Assembly: GCA_012840355.1 (NCBI GenBank)
Contig: DULN01000009.1
Location: 134,414-198,413, forward strand
Source: Clostridiales bacterium
GTDB lineage: Bacteria > Bacillota > Clostridia > Oscillospirales > CAG-272
DNA length: 64,000 nucleotides
Reading direction: 5' to 3'
Shown here: positions 62,703-64,000 of the stretch, one piece after another
Layout: each line of letters begins with the position of its first letter
How positions within the stretch are numbered: the stretch's first letter is position 1
Program-made: the position numbers and the translations under genes
The notes under the pieces: model-generated
Told to the model about the DNA's origin: nothing
The model's input: the letters and a program-made list of their open reading frames with translations, nothing else
Databases searched by the model: none

Positions 62703-63440
62703 ATGGAAAGCATTATTAACGGCATATCGCAGCCGCTGTCTAACTGGTGGGCGGGGTTCCGCGAGGATTTTATCAATAACTTTATAACCGACAACCGCTG
62801 GCTATTTTTGTGGAGAGGCCTTCTCTGCACGCTCCAGATAACCTTCTTTGCGGCAATCATCGGGATTGTCATAGGCTTTTTTGTCGCGCTCGTACGCACC
62901 ACGAACATTTACACGGGCAAGCTGCGGTTTTTAAACGGCATCTGCAAACTTTACACCACGGTGATACGAGGAACGCCCGTGGTCACGCAGCTTCTTATAA
63001 TTTATTACGTAATTTTCGCAACGGTCAACATTGAAAAAACGCTTGCCGCAATTGTCGCGTTCGGTATAAACTCGGGCGCGTATGTCGCCGAAATCGTGCG
63101 CTCGGGCATAATGTCAATTGACCGCGGCCAAATCGAAGCCGGCCGGAGCCTCGGGTTTAGCTACGTCAAAACGATGTGGTACATCGTCATGCCACAGGCG
63201 TTTAAAAACATATTGCCCGCCCTCGCAAACGAGTTTATCGCGCTGCTTAAGGAAACGTCGGTATCGGGGTATATCGCGACGCAGGACCTTGCAAAAGCCG
63301 GCGATATTATACAAAGCCGTACATACTCGGCGTACATGCCGCTTATTGCGGTCGCACTTATTTACCTTGTGCTCGTCGTGGGGCTGACCGCTTGCGTCAA
63401 CCGGCTTGAAAGGAGGCTTGGCCGCAGTGATAACCGTTAA
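62703..63440 (+). CDS. Amino-acid ABC transporter permease (His/Glu/Gln/Arg family)
   Basis: 245 aa polytopic protein. EAA-loop-like [28 protein letters not shown]. Confidence 0.85.
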   Translation: MESIINGISQPLSNWWAGFREDFINNFITDNRWLFLWRGLLCTLQITFFAAIIGIVIGFFVALVRTTNIYTGKLRFLNGICKLYTTVIRGTPVVTQLLIIYYVIFATVNIEKTLAAIVAFGINSGAYVAEIVRSGIMSIDRGQIEAGRSLGFSYVKTMWYIVMPQAFKNILPALANEFIALLKETSVSGYIATQDLAKAGDIIQSRTYSAYMPLIAVALIYLVLVVGLTACVNRLERRLGRSDNR

Positions 63441-64000
63441 GAATCTCTACAAGAAGTTTGATAATCTCGAGGTGCTGCGCGGCATAAACGAAACAATCGA
63501 ACGCGGCGAAAAGGTTGTCATTATCGGCCCGTCGGGCAGCGGCAAAAGCACTTTTTTGCGCTGTCTTAACCTGCTTGAGATGCCCACCTCCGGCGAAGTT
63601 TGGTTTGAAGGCCAGCAAATTAACGCGCCCGGCTGCGACATAAACCTCGTGCGCCGCAAAATGGGCATGGTATTCCAGCATTTTAACCTCTTCCCCCACC
63701 TGACGATACTTGAGAACATCACGCTCGCGCCGATAAAGCTTAAGATAATGGACAAAGCTTCCGCTATTGAAAAGGCGCGCAAGCTGCTTTCCAGGATCGG
63801 GCTTGCCGATAAAGAAAACGCCTACCCCGCTCAGCTTTCGGGCGGCCAAAAGCAGCGCATCGCCATCGTGCGATCGCTCGCGATGAGCCCGGACGTCATG
63901 CTTTTTGACGAGCCGACCTCTGCGCTCGACCCCGAGATGGTCGGCGAGGTGCTCGACGTTATGCGCGAGCTTGCCGAAGAGGGAATGACAATGGTGGTGG
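63427..64000 (+). CDS. Amino-acid ABC transporter ATP-binding protein (3' end outside the window)
   Basis: GTG start 9 nt after GGAGG, overlapping the permease stop. [11 protein letters not shown]..., Walker [10 protein letters not shown], signature LSGGQKQR, Walker [12 protein letters not shown]. Confidence 0.85.
   Translation, partial: MITVKNLYKKFDNLEVLRGINETIERGEKVVIIGPSGSGKSTFLRCLNLLEMPTSGEVWFEGQQINAPGCDINLVRRKMGMVFQHFNLFPHLTILENITLAPIKLKIMDKASAIEKARKLLSRIGLADKENAYPAQLSGGQKQRIAIVRSLAMSPDVMLFDEPTSALDPEMVGEVLDVMRELAEEGMTMVV

Noticed and set aside
62030-62908. 292-aa minus-strand ORF.
   Set aside because: It spans the binding-protein gene, the intergenic hairpin and the permease start on the opposite strand. 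Both plus-strand genes have clear ABC-transporter features.

Overview
This 64-kb window looks like chromosome from a high-GC, Clostridia-like Firmicute. The indicators are fabK, an rnfCDGEAB operon, mini-RNase III, Bacillus-type tRNA-Glu, Shine-Dalgarno-led genes and many ATGA-coupled genes. No search tools were run, so every function comes from reading motifs in the supplied translations and in the DNA.

Gene content, left to right:
1. A minus-strand sugar-type cluster (1-6243). It has three Gfo/Idh/MocA oxidoreductases, a sulfatase-fold protein without the sulfatase nucleophile motif, a secreted beta-propeller-like protein, and the tail of a TIM-barrel isomerase.
2. An HMGL-like 2-oxoacid condensing enzyme, a GT4 glycosyltransferase and a metallophosphoesterase.
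3. An 11-gene fab/acc operon: acpP-fabK-fabD-fabG-accB-fabZ-accC-accD-accA-fabF-fabF'. It has no fabH. A divergent TetR gene sits upstream, and a perfect 25-bp palindrome lies in the leader.
4. copA, a DUF45 metallopeptidase and a large glycoside hydrolase.
5. A low-GC insert (about 26.5-31.85 kb). It carries a chimeric small ORF and a self-promoted four-gene type IV pilin-like operon with two very large modular pilins. One pilin has a vWA/MIDAS module and one has a lectin-like C-terminus. No pilus assembly genes occur anywhere in the window. This is my best candidate for an undescribed system.
6. A transglutaminase-like lipoprotein, an EF-G paralogue, pyrC/pyrF fused into an operon with a GlpA-like flavoprotein pair, and a MoxR-DUF58-transglutaminase triad.
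7. mrnC, a UDP-GlcNAc 2-epimerase, mscL and a ROK glucokinase.
8. The rnf operon, whose RnfG carries long acidic extensions and 30-nt tandem repeats.
9. tRNA-Met and tRNA-Glu, then yigZ, a PHP-like hydrolase, a homocysteine methyltransferase-domain protein, a GH2 enzyme and an amino-acid ABC transporter.

Many long antisense ORFs in the track are high-GC artefacts and were rejected.
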